From Botryllus schlosseri (taxonomy: Eukaryota), in contig CM119378.1 in the NCBI GenBank assembly GCA_051294905.1, positions 20,274,001 through 20,338,000 on the forward strand: a stretch of DNA of 64,000 bases. Reading direction: 5' to 3'. The number at the start of each line of letters is the position of its first letter. Position 1 is the stretch's first letter. Position numbers and translations under genes: made by a program. The notes under the pieces are model-generated. The model saw only the letters and a list, made by a program, of their open reading frames with translations. It was not told where the DNA came from and did not search any database. Shown here piece after piece: positions 46,957 to 60,300 of the stretch.

Positions 46957-47590
46957 TATAGCTACGAGATTTTAAAGGTCGTTATATAGTTGCGAAGTTG
47001 GAAAAGTGAGAACCAGTTATAAATCTCATTGTGAGTCTTGAAAAGTGAGTAGTTCTAGTTCTATTTCTAGTTGCTGGTTGTGGAAAGTAAATTGTTTTCC
47101 ATAGTTGCGCATTTTGAAAAGTGAGTATTTCTAGTTGTATAGTTGCGAGTTTTGAAAAATGGTAGTAGTAGTTATAGTTGCGCATTTTGAAAAGTGCGTG
47201 GTTCCACCAATTATAGTTGCGCATTTTTAAAATCCAGTAGTTTGTAAAAGTTTTCCTGTAGCCTGATTTAGTATTCGCGCGTCTTGCCTTAATCAGCGTG
47301 ACGCGGGAATGGAGAATTTCGCTTCCACCGCTGCATGTGAGCTTGTGAGCATTGTCCGCGAACAGCTGATCGATAAAGTGTTGTCTCTGCGCGGAAATCA
47401 TAGAACAGCCGATGAATAATAGCCGTCCTTGCAATGCAAGGCAAGCGCACGTGACGGCCTACTGGCAGTACGAAGTCTACAATTTCGCGACAGTTGCAAA
47501 TGTCAGTATAGTCGCAAGTGGACGTCTAGTGAATGCGGCTCAATGGCCTATAGTTGTAAGTTGCTGGTTGATGTTACAGTTGTAGCTATA
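46957..47590. repeat. Repeat-rich candidate TIR element with ATAGTTGCG motifs
   Basis: Short inverted ends TATAGCTAC / GTAGCTATA and many degenerate ~38-bp units ATAGTTGCG(C)ATTTTGAAAAGTG at 46985-47230. Confidence 0.5.
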
Positions 47591-48418
47591 ACGTGCTATG
47601 TAGGATAGGTATGAGTTTCATTTACCACCACAGAGCAGCCCAATTGTCGAAGGAGGTCTAGGTAACACACGGATATTGTTCGTATTTGTTGTAGTTTTTG
47701 GTAGTATTCATGGTGTTTTTCGACTGCAATGGTCACTTACACCTAGACGATATTCCTTATTTTGATTCCGTAATTGCCGACTATTAGGAGCACTGCCCAC
47801 TTCCAGGCCTTTTAAGACACCGCTTTCTCCGATCAAATACCGCGGAGGAGTCTTGATAAAGCTCCAACGTTTGGCAAGGGATTCTGGTTTGGGGTTCATA
47901 TAACAGTTCTCGCCGTAAAGCACTGACTGACCGGAGTAACCTGTGCTCGTAGATCCAAGCTCCATTTAGTATCACAAAGCAGCCAATTAGTGTAACTGTA
48001 AACAGAGTCGCCTATTAGCACATTTGAATTCCAAATCTCAGAATACAGGCACATTTCCATGTTAGTTGGCACCGGAATTTGGGTTAACACTAATTCATTG
48101 CTTTCGACTCTACAATAATCACGATGTAAATTAGGTTTCCGCACATTAGATCAGAAAGATGTGCTGTTTACTGGTATACCTAATCAACCTAACGAAGCAT
48201 TTGAGAGGTTGTTGAATATAAAGGCACAGCAAGCGAATAGTTGCCGTGCGTCCTGTGATTCGTTTTATTGCATTACATCGAATTATTAGGTCGCGCGTCA
48301 CTTTATGCTGCCATATACAAAATAATTTGGGCCTATTTCAGTCAATTCGGCCGATGTGATTTGGTCTTCCAAAGGCCGTATTCAGCCTTACACATTTGGA
48401 AGTAATGATAATAATTAG

Positions 48419-49415
48419 TAAGGATGATGTAAACCTCAGAAAGGTTCAGGTTTGTGTCAGCGCGAACCTTTTTGAAAGGTTCTGTGTGAACGCGAACGTG
48501 AACCTCATGACGTCACGTGTCGTCATATTGTAAATTCCAACCCAACATTTCAGTGAAGTGATATATTGATGTACAACACGATACCTCGCGATGACTTGGC
48601 CACATTATGCAACAATGCTGAAGCATATACTGACTGTTCAAACGTCACCAAATGTATCAACTGGAGCAATCAAAGGATATAATAATCCCATAAAATCAAA
48701 ATTTCGCGTGGCTTTGCCAACAATCTCGACAAAGACTTGCAAGGGAATACAAGCTTAAGATTTAACGGTCTAATCCAGACCGGAATATGTAATCGGCGTC
48801 GAGTATTGCTACGTTGATAATGAGAAGAGTGTAAAATGGGTTTCTATACTTCCTACCGATATTATCCCGAATTTATACCGGAGTAGCTAACACCCCAATC
48901 GCAAGGATTTGTTTTTTTATGATACAAGAAACATCAAATTAAGATGGACCCCGTTCGCCTGCTAGATTTTTTACATTAGATAACGACGTATGCTTCACAT
49001 GAATTTCATTGATTGGTTGAATAAGCATCATTCGCTGACTACCTATGTGTTGCTTGTTTCGCTCTTGATATTGTGTGGTTGCCGGTTAAGCTCACGATAG
49101 AGAGTCACTAAATATTCACAAACAGAAAACTGGATATTTCGAGAACATTTGTAACATAATTTTTTTTAGATTGTCAAGGTGCATGCTCGTTTAGTGTTGA
49201 TTTTTGTTTTTATGCGCCATGCACAGAGTGGCCCGCAGTTGAAATGCAATTAATTTTGACCAACCAAAGACGTTGTAATGACGTGGGAAATTGTAATATA
49301 TGAAAATGGTTCGCAGTGCAGAACCTACCAAGGTTCGTTTGTGAACGTGAACCTCTAAATTTCTGAGGTTCACACACAGAACGCGAACTTGAACTTCACG
49401 TTCACACCATCCCTA
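48419..49415. mobile_element. Non-autonomous hAT-like element (full copy of the 1-848 family)
   Basis: TIRs TAAGGATGATGTAAAC / GTTCACACCATCCCTA and 7/8 TSD ATAATTAG/ATAATTAA. Confidence 0.85.
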
Positions 49416-49940
49416 ATAATTAATGTCCCAGAGCAGTCAGCTGGTCTTGTATATCCCATCCGATTAATCGGTTCGCAGATAATATGAGGTTGATATCGCA
49501 CTTTAAAAGAAATGTCGGTATCGGACAATGCAGGTCAAAAATATCGGCTATTTTCGTGACCTACCAGCATATAGAGGCAGGGTGTCAGGGAACTACAATT
49601 TGCGGCTGCTAGACCGAGTAGAAGTATAGACGTAATGTAAATTTCGACTCAGGTACAAGAGAAGTATGGCTATTTCCAAGTTAGTAAAGCATTATATACC
49701 TAGTTTTGACAAAAAGAAAGCTGAGAACTATTCAATTAGAACTGTTAGTCTCAAATCATTACCACTTGAGTAATTAGTGTAAGTAGGTGTGTTGCACTAT
49801 AGCAATCTGAAAAAGCATAAGTACTTTGTCACTAACCGCATATCTACTTTATAGTATCCATATTCACTGAATATTATTCAGCCATTCTGGTTTATTTCAT
49901 GTCGAAGCTCAGCAATGACTGCAAAGCTGTTTAAATAAAT

Positions 49941-50343
49941 TAGGGTTACCATACTTCGGAATCCGGAAAGAAGAACAATTTATACAAATCACAAAAGTTA
50001 GAAAACTCCTGATTCTAAAATCTTCACTGGAAAATCAGATTGTGTTGACTAAAAAAAGGTAATTTCTCCGACTCGCGCCTTCCGAATGGCCCCATTTTAT
50101 AATAAAACTGCTGTTCTGTTGGCTAAATGAAAAAGGTCATTTTGCAGTCCTATACTCCCGAAAGAGCCGCTCGAACATCCACATTACAGATTTCGCGTGA
50201 TTTACGGCGTTTTTACTTTTGCCTGCCGATTAGCCTAACTGTCAATGTTATACAAGAGGACGTATTTACAAAGAGAAGGACATTTAGGCGTCCTCTGAGG
50301 ACATTTTCGATTTCCCGAAAAGGGACGACATATGGTAACCCTA
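49941..50343. mobile_element. hAT-type MITE (TAGGGTTACCATA TIR)
   Basis: 13-bp TIRs TAGGGTTACCATA / TATGGTAACCCTA and 6/8 TSD AAATAAAT/AAATATAC. Confidence 0.8.
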
Positions 50344-51361
50344 AAATATACGCAATGATGTTTTCGAAATTCGAGATGCCATATTTTTTTAATATACCGA
50401 AGTTATAGGTGAAGGTGCTAGTTGTAGGTTTTAGCGGTTTCTGCTCTAATGTCCGATATCAGTGGGGCTGTAGTCTTAAGCATGCATTGGTCGGATTACG
50501 TCGGTCAAGTTAACTGCTAAGTTTCATCCGAAGCGACTTTCCCTTTGGTAAGTTTGTGTCACCAACAATCCACTACCTCGAGTGGATGTAGGCTTTAGCA
50601 TAGGACCGCTTTTATGCAGAAACAGCTTGCGCAACTCGAACTCGACGACATCGTGTTGACTTCGCTAAGTGGTTTCGACTTGAGATGACTTATATCTAAC
50701 ATATAAAGAGCTCGTGTATAGTTGAACGTCTCACCACAAGTTAGAATTGTAGTGTTTTTCCAAATTTCTGGTTATAACTGTCTGACCTTGCTGATTGTGT
50801 TACAATGAAAAGTTGGGAAGGTGTCCAAACGACTTGGCGTAGTCTTTGTAATCAGACACCCATCTGAGCCAAGACGATAAAATTAAGAGACATGCACACT
50901 GGTTGGAAACACATAAGGGATAACATAAAACGACTATATAGTGATGAAAATGAATTACGCATGTGTCGATAGGCGATGCTGATATGCAGGACCATAATTG
51001 CCGCACCCCAAACCCCTCAATTGGGGCGCGATCTCGAAGGAGGCCCAGAATTATTTCGTGAATGAACATAAATTATAGAGTTTTTGTTATTTATGCAACC
51101 TTATTCATTTTTTTTTCGTGCTAGGTGCGATTTATTGTTGCCTAATATCTCAGTCATTGGTTACCCTCTCCCAAGCAAAAACACGCACGATTTATAGAAA
51201 TGGGCATTCCATCGCCGGCCTTCACCGCGCCGCAACTCACCAAGACATATAAAGTTTTAGGCCATGTGGCGTGCGACTCCGACAAGTGCATATGCCAGAA
51301 CAATCGGCAGCGAGAAAACCTTGGCCGAAAAGGCTGACCTAAAACTTCTATATATAAAAAT

Positions 51362-51985
51362 TAGGGCTGTTCAAAAGCATTTTTTCTTTCAAATTTCACT
51401 GCGTACTCGATAAAAAGATTTTGTTGGCTGAAACAATGCAGCACACCAAATTTGGCTCAATTCCAACCAGTAGAAGCGAGGTTCTTGCAGTAGAAAGTTA
51501 TGAATTTATTAAATAAAAAATAAATCAAATTTTCAGCCGACCCCGTAAAATTGTTAGGCTGTCAGTAAAGACGATGCACACCAAATTTGGCTCAATTCCA
51601 ACCAGTAGAAGCGAAGTTATTGCATTGGAAAAATTTGGGTTTAAATAAAATAGTATTTACGGTGGCTAACTCGTTATTTATTATAAATCATGGAATTAGA
51701 AAAGTTTTTACTGCAATAAATTCGCTTCTAATGGTGGGAATTAAGCCGAATTTGGTGTGCATCATCTCCGCTGACAGCCTAACTATTTTATGGGGTGGAC
51801 AGAAAAAAATTGAAATTTTATTTTTTTAGTTTTTATGTGATAAATTCAATACTTTCTACTGCAAGAACCTCGCTTCTACTGGTTAGAATTGAGCCACATT
51901 TGGTGTGCAGCGTTGTTTTAGCCAACCGAATAATATTATCACATAGCCATTGAAATCCGAACAAAAAGTTTTTTCAACAGCCCTA
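51362..51985. mobile_element. Palindromic MITE (TAGGGCTGTT TIR family), copy 2
   Basis: TIRs TAGGGCTGTTCAAAA / TTTTCAACAGCCCTA and internal inverted duplications of GCACACCAAATTTGGCTCAATTCCAACCAGTAGAAGCGA. Confidence 0.8.
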
Positions 51986-54316
51986 ATATGCATATATGTT
52001 CATTGTTCAATTGTCCGTAGACGCCTAAATCGTCGTAGGCGCCGAATGTTCCTGTCTTGACAATCTGAACCCCTCAAGACAACTGCCACCCCGCAGAAAA
52101 AATTATTTGCCAGTGAAGAAATAAATATTTGAAATCGTGTGCGTCTTTTAGTTTTTAGTAACTTTATATCATTATCTTTTGGCATAGCTATTGAATATTT
52201 ACGGCCCTACATTTTCCTAGACAACACCTCACTTAGCTCTACCCGTAAATCTGATTACGTGGGCAGAGAGAGGATAAAAAAAATTATATCAATAAATATG
52301 CCATTCCAAATATTATTGACCGATTCGATCATGAATTAGAGAAAATTTTCGCGCAGGGCGCGATCTGGCGAGATATAGTGACGGATCAAAATAACAAATA
52401 TCGCTCGCGCTTAGGGGTGGTTCGTAATATACTATATATTCTAGTATACTAATACACATACTATGTATTCTAAGCTGTTTATGATGAATTACGCTATTCT
52501 GACAGGTGAGACTTGGCCCATTCGTACCGCACATCTCCTTTCGCGCTGCATTTTTGAACAATAAATACGCAAATTTCGTGGTGTCGGAAGTGTTCATTAT
52601 TTAGTCATTTATGAGCATCGATACACAATACCAATATTCCGTATCATAGTAATATTGTGAGAGTTTACTAAAAACGATAGTAAATTATGTTACTACAGCA
52701 TTTCGTGTTTGGCTTACCAGTTAAGAGGTGTAAACTTTTTCATCTTTATAAAAGTGTAGGCTATATCCGGATGTGGGGTTTATGACCCTATGGGGGGCCA
52801 AAACCAACGTTTTTGGGGGGCTGACGAAGTGCTGTTTCGGCCCTGCTGATATGTCATATCAAGGTCCGGTAATCTTGAGCGCTGAATGGTATTGATTCGG
52901 TTGAAATTGCTTGTATGTCGATTTAACGTGGGCAATGGACAATCGACATGCTCGGTGGCTGTCGGATAGCCGGCGAGATGCTGTTCCATACCTGAGGTAC
53001 GATGCGTTGCGATGCGTTTTCTTTTATTCCGTTCGGATCATATGGTAGTTGTTCCCTCGTTAGTCGATAATGCGCGCGTGTTGAACTTGTGCGCAGACTA
53101 TACTAGATAATGTTTTTAGTCTAATTAGACTAAGAGCGAAATGCCCGTAGTATAATTCTAATCTGATATGTTTAATGTTTCTTTTCCCTTATTATAATTT
53201 TAATTTAATTTGTGAAATGTTTCTACGCTCTAATTTTAATTCTAATCTAATTTTTGGTTTTCCTGAAAATGCTACAGGAGAATAGTATCGTGCGGAACGA
53301 GTCAATCTTGCTGTACATTTTCCGTTTCCACACTTATGAGAATGAACTATACGATTTCATATGGAAGTATTCTTTAGTTGCTCAAGTCTGCTTGTCGCTT
53401 CTGATACCTGGGGGAACTAGTCGCTGAAATATGTGGAACAGTGCCTGCAGCGGAAAAGCAGATCAATCTATATATTGTCGTAACAAAACAACTGTCACTT
53501 GATGGTTTGCATGCAGTGCTTCTTTTGCGAGAAATTCGGTGACAATTTCATACATTGAACAATCGCCCTGGGTCAATTGCGACTCAAATTTATACATTTC
53601 GCTACATATACTTTGAGAACCACTGCGATAAACCACGAACCGTGAACCCCCCAATTTTAGTTCAAATAGAGCTCAATTATCGTGAAACCGTCATCTGCCT
53701 CGTGAAGATATTACCTGAAGGCTAGTGATAAACATCAACTCAAAGTGACCGTTCATCGTTCATGTATATCACAAGAGAAAATGGATTTTTGCAAACAATT
53801 TTTTTCAAAATCCAAAGAAAACACCCCCAAACAGCTACATGTTTGTATCAGTAGGCAATTAAGAATTTGGCAATTAAAATGAGTTTGCACAGCATAATAT
53901 TTCATCTCAAAGTGAGTTCTGACGTTCCAGCAGTTATGAAACGAGATTGCTCTAATTTAAAAATACAAATTAGTTTATCAACCATATTGCAAAGATTGAG
54001 GTTTCGCGGACCCCCTGAAAATGCCTCGCGGATCCCTCGGTTGAGAACCACTGACCTATGCTATTCGAGATAGAAATCATTCTCTGTCTAGCAGTCGCCT
54101 GATATAGCTCATCACCCTATTGCCATACTTTGAAGTCAGAAAAATACCCGACACTTTCTACCTGCAATGGCCGATACCAATATTTCTTTCAAAATGAGCT
54201 ATCGACTCGATATTATTAGAGAACCTATATGCGGTCGTGCTCTACTGAAAGCGTAACCATATTATGTTTGCAGTGCTATCAAGTATCTAACTATACACAA
54301 ATGACACAACTCTGAG

Positions 54317-57300
54317 ATGTCGGTCGCCACTTGGACGACTGCCGACGACGAGGACGCTCCCGGTTAGTATTATCCGGAGTCACTTGTTAGATATCCGGCA
54401 GATCCGTATTGAAACTCCATGGATTTTTCAGGTAGCGGAAACTCGACAATGTCTGTTTCTGCGCCGGAAATCACGTCATACGGGAGCGTGACGTCATCGC
54501 ACGAGTCGACAACAAGAACGACAGCAAGAACAATAACAATAAAGAGTAAGTCGGATGTTTTGATGATCTTAGTTTGCACCTTCGTGAGAGATTTCGGTTG
54601 AATTTGGATTCACGGCCACGATTCACGATTTGGAAATGAGATTTCTAAATCTTCATTTTTCATGTGAATTTTGGTCAAATTCATCAATCACCGGATTTAG
54701 ATGTAGGCGCGAGGTGAAATTAATTCTGGATTTGGATAGAATCTAAAATTTGTATTTGGAATATTGAATCCTCCATCTCTGTCATATGACACCGAATCTC
54801 TATTCAGGCCGACTGATGAACTACGTCAACGGTACAACGGAAACGTCACCTTGGTTGTCTGACGCCACGTCCGAATCATCCGGTGATTTCCCTCCAACGC
54901 TCGCAGGTAAAAACTCTCCTCCTCAATCCCATTCAGTTTATATCATTTTTCCAGGATTGTAACCAAGTCACAAGGTTACGAGGCACAAGGCGATATCACT
55001 CCTATAGTTTCTAGTCGAGTACTTTCACTTTACCACCGATTCAAGCTCGGACCCCAATTCAGGGAGCAACGGGTCGAGTCCGAGTCACAGTGTCGTGACT
55101 CGAGTCCGAGTCTTAGGGTGGAGCCCAATTCTTCTCCTCAACTAAGTACTGCTTAAATGCGAATCTCCACTCAACTAAAAATCGATTGGTACTCAGCGTT
55201 GAGTGCGCGCCAATTCTCTCTACTCAGTTAAGTATCGATTTCCAGACGTCGTTTTCCGAGATACCGTTGCCAGATTTTTTTTCGCCTTCGACCGGACACG
55301 CGTGAACGATTTTGTCATGACAACACGACGCTATCGTCCCTATTTCGTCACTGACCTACAAAGTAGACGCAGTTCTCAGGCTTCTCACTGATTTATCTAA
55401 ATGCAATGAATAACCTCAGCTGATCCACACTCTTTGAAGATGACCCAATAGAAATATATAAATCCTTGAAGATACCCGAAACGTTCCTATGCCCCACAGA
55501 AGTATATTTGCAAGACGCTACAAACCCATTCGAAATTTATGAAGATAAGTTTCACACCAGGCGAACACGTAAGTGCAGGCCTGAAAGAACAAAATAAATG
55601 CATCTATATCGTGAAAACAAATTGAAAAGTTAACAGATTTTCAGGATTTCTTTTTAATTCTCTTTGCCCCTCTACCATTCAAATTCCCAAAGGACCCAGA
55701 CCCACCCGACATTTTCTCCCTTAATTATTCAGTATTTCTTGTTTCCAATAGCTTATTGCTGCTGTCGTCTAAATTGGCTTGAAGTCATAGCGACTCCCAA
55801 CACTGATATTACATATTACCATGCAGGAACTCTATCAGCTGATCGAGGTTCATGCTAGGGGTCTGTTCAAGATGCTTCGTTTATTTAATTGTGGGAAGAG
55901 CATGCATAATATTAATAACAATCGTCAAGTTATATTTTTCACCTGAACAAGTCACACACAATGTAGAATGCGATAAGACACAATGCGATGTAATGAACAG
56001 ATATGAGGATATCGAACGACACGCAGTTGCGATCTTTTTTTTATACTGACATCCACCTCGGCGGCTCGGCCTATAGAGTGCCCGATGTCCACAGTTCTTT
56101 TCTATGTTGATCTTTCTGAAGTCACGGCGCTTTCTAGTTCTTTCCATTCCTTGTGAGTGCTTTCTTTCGGTGGGTCTTTTTCTGTGCTTTTTTTGTCGCC
56201 GGCGGGGGATGCTAGCGCATTGAGACTGCAGAAGTTACCATTCCGGTATACCGAGATGCCGTATGACAAGAAGTCGAAAGGGTACAGAAGATAATTATAA
56301 ATGCAATTATAAACACAGCATCCGCCCAAGCGCCACTGATGTCATTCGCTCAGCAGAACCTCACATCTAGAAATAGTGTGCCAATATACGACAATACCGG
56401 TACTCCGGTATTTGGCGGGTGTTGCCTGCAGTTGGCTGCTCGACCGTGAAAATTGACACTTAAGTCTGGTGGTGCGCTGACTTAGATCTGAGTGCCGATC
56501 TGGACGCATTTGAGTGTGAGTATACTTTTTGGCGTGAGTTGAGTAACGAAATCGTTGCTGAGTAGAGAATCGCCACTCAGCAGAGAAATTTGGCTCCACC
56601 CTAAGTCATTGTTTGCACAGTTCATTATTGACATCGTGTGGGTTAAACTCGCTTTCTTCAAACTCTTGGGTATGTATGCAGGCTAGGTATAGGGGGAAGG
56701 GGTGCTTCTTGGCAATTCAGGCATTTTGCACCATGTCTATATTTATCATGAAACTACATAGTGGACAATATCAGAAAGTCTATCAGTGATTGTACCGTCT
56801 AAAGACTTTTCAATAGCGAGATAAAGAGGGTGCAATATTTTACAGGGTTACCATATGTCCTCATTTAAGAGGATTTGTCTTCTTTTTATTCTATAAATTG
56901 GAAGTGTCCTAGGATGACAATGATCAAAGATCTTGCATGCCGCGCCAACTGTATTCGATGCGTGCGTAACTGATGCAAATGGCAACAGCTCGTGTGATCA
57001 TTTCGCAGTGAAAGCTCTGCTGAACAGCAACAAACTGCAACGAGACATACAATTTTCGTAAGTTTTCGACAGCATCGATTGCAAATATCTCAAACGACAT
57101 CAGAAATAACGTCAAACTCCAATCTTACGACGACTCGAGTGAAGTCCTGCTTCGAAACTACAATCAGCAGCTTCGCCTGATAATTGATAAAGCACTCTCC
57201 ACCGATCACGAAATCAATTGTCTTGCGCTGCTCACCCTGGTTTAGCAATGATATCAGGACCGCGAAAAGACTGCGGAGAAAACTTGAACGTCAGTGGAGA

Positions 57301-60300
57301 GCTTCTAAACTAGTCGTCCATAGACAGATGTACCAAGAACAATGCACTCGGGTGATCAGAATGATAGTTAAAGCAAAATCTAGCTACTACAACAAGTTGA
57401 TAATGGAATGCAAGGATAACAAGAAGAAACTTTTCAGCGTAACGAAAAACCTCCTCGCAGAATCGAGGTCGGTCAAACTACCATCGAATCATCCATCGTC
57501 ACTAAGTCTGGCAAACTCATTTAACACGTTTTTCCGTGACAAGGTGGGCTCTATCAGACAATTTTTGCTTGCTCAGCAAGGCAACGGCCCATTGCTCTAC
57601 CTCAGGGGTGGGCAAACTTTTGAGCTCGCGGGCCGCATTCAACATCTGAATCCATTCGCGGGCCGCACTATATAAAATTGGGAATATTAACCAAAACGCA
57701 ATATTGGAGATATTACATGGAGATAATATACCTAAGTGCTTATTTAAAACAAGCCAAACGTTGCTTTGATGATATCGTACACGCGTCAGAAACATATAGT
57801 GGCGAGATTTCATAGGCTGCTGGCGGACCTCAATAACCAATTTGTCAAAACTATAGAGATCAAGGTCGGTTGGCCCGATTCTTAGAACAGAATTGAAATT
57901 TGAATCTGAGCAACGATCTGTACACAGATTTACTAATTTCACTTTTGGTTTAGTTCTAGGACACACAATGCTGACAGCATCATAACCATGTTAGCTTCAA
58001 ACACGCTTCTACTATGCGTTGATAAAATATAAATACCCCGATTCTACGCATACAAACGAATATACCTAAGACACGCCCGAATCGTTTTTTTGTAAGAACA
58101 ACACTGAAATAATTAAAAATGGAGTGGCAAATCTGAAATCCCACTCGTGATCCAAATTATGTCAATCTCGTTGCAGCTATCCCGCTGTGATGAGTATTTA
58201 CCTTAGATCAGTGATTCTCAAACTTTTTAAGACACGCCCCCTCTTATGATGGTAAAAGATTTCGCGCCCCTTCTCGTCATGTCACAAAACGCAACCAGGA
58301 TGCTAGCAAACCTAACGCGTAGTTTGATGGCATGGAAGGTTCCGACTGTTGATGAGAGATTTTTAAATGTGTAATTCAGACTAAATACAGAACAATAACT
58401 TTGAATTGGCAGTAAATCGCGCGGGGTGCGAAAATGTTTTCAGTTGCGCTCAGCTTCGCCCCCCCCCTCGTCAGGTGCTTTCACGCCCCCAAGGGGGGGC
58501 GTGTCCACCAGTTTGAGAACCACTGTCTTAGAATTATCATGATTAATCAAGTCCCTACATTAATTCGATTTTTAGTACGCATTTTATCAATATTTAAAAA
58601 AAGTTTCTTTAGACTCTCGCGAGCCGCACAGAACGGTGTTGCGGGCCGCATGTGACCCGCGGGCCGTAGTTTGCCCACCCCTGCTCTACCTCCTGTACAC
58701 GAAGCCAGTCGGAGATATTTGCCGTCGCCATGGTTTCTTCCACCAATGCTACGCGGATGATACACAGGTCTATACGGTCTTATGAGAAATAGCAATGATT
58801 GGGAGAACGTGCCATCCAAGTTACAGCGATGTCTTATTGATGTTGAGCTCTGGATGACACAAAATCGTCTCAAGTTAAATAAAGAGAAAACTGAACTCAT
58901 CATTTTTACGCCAACCAGACGCCCCATCGACCACAATCAATTCACCATCAGATTCGGACCAGACACCATCCGAGCCAAGACTTGTGTACGTAACCTAGCT
59001 TTTCACTTTGACGGCATGCTCTCAATGGAAGAACATATCGACTATACATCAAAGATCTGCTTCATGTATATCCACAAGATCAGTCGAATCAGGAACTACC
59101 TATCTGAGGATGCATGCAAAGCCATAATACTGTCGCTGGTGATATCACGGCGTGACTGTGGAAATGCTCTGCTTTACGGGGTAAACCAAAATTGCATCGA
59201 CAAGCTACAAAAGATCCAAAACATCGCTGCTCGTTTGGTAACTCGGCCAAGGAAGCGTGATCACGTAACACCGATTCTTAGATCCCTTCATTGGTTACCC
59301 GTGAAATTTAGGTCTGAATACAAGCTTCTTCTGTACGTCTTCAAATGCATGGAGGGAAGTGCACCAGCGTCTCTTCGTGAGCTAGTGACAACGTATAATC
59401 CCGGAAGAGCGCTACGTTCTCAGTTGCAAAAGCTCTTGTCCGTTCCAAGAGTCAGAACATCGACCTACGGCGATAGAACCTTTTCTTCCTCGGCCGCCAT
59501 TCTGTGGAACAATCTTCCAATTTCTATCAGACTATGTGGCTCGCTATATGTTTTCAAACGCAAAATCAAGACCGTTTTATTCACACGAGCGTTCGAACTA
59601 GAGTAGTGTTCATTCCGCCCTACAGCTATGCACTTCGTCTTTTATACATATCCTTTACTTTTATATTTTATTGCCTTTTATGTACAGCGCCCTAGTGTAG
59701 TAATGATATATTGTTATATTCGGCGCTCTATAAATTATTATATTATTATTATTATTATGACGCCCAAATGTCCTCATTTTGGGAATTTGTCCACTTATCC
59801 TAGAAAAAGGTATTGAAATGCGATAAGAAACTCGACTCCGGCGTAGCGAACACCAGAGTTGGCAAGACAATCAAAGAAAAATACAGCGCGACGGGTATTT
59901 CGGGAGTAGAGATGGAAAAGACGACCTTTAAATATTTTTCAAAATCACCAGTTATCTTTTCCGGTACTAGAGCTTTCAGAATTTTTGAAAAGTGCCCCAT
60001 TTTTCGCATCTCAAAATATGGCAACCGTAATATTGTAACTATATGCTTGGGCGACAGCAAAGGCCTCGCATTCATAATATACTCCTTTCTTTTTGAATAT
60101 AGTTTATGCCCCAATTCTTCAAGTATCGGTCCTGATACACGAGAATTGAATCAAGTAATATTGAATGAGTCGAGTCATATGACTTGGTCATATATGGTCA
60201 AGTCATGCGCACTAACTCGAGTACAAGTCGAGCCGATACGAAAATTGACTCAAGTCGACTCGAGTCATTACAACCCTGTATTTGTCTTTATTCAGAAGAG

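Noticed and set aside
46982-47434. 150-aa ORF with KMRNYN repeats
   Set aside because: Translation of the ATAGTTGCG repeat array, with no coding signal.
47703-47790. Mariner-like MVFFDCNG...P peptide
   Set aside because: Too short, ends in a stop, and no other DD34D motifs or TIRs are nearby.
54813-54850. Hammerhead ribozyme core (CTGATGA...GAAAC)
   Set aside because: There is no proper helix II closing the core, and the segment is better explained as a coding exon.
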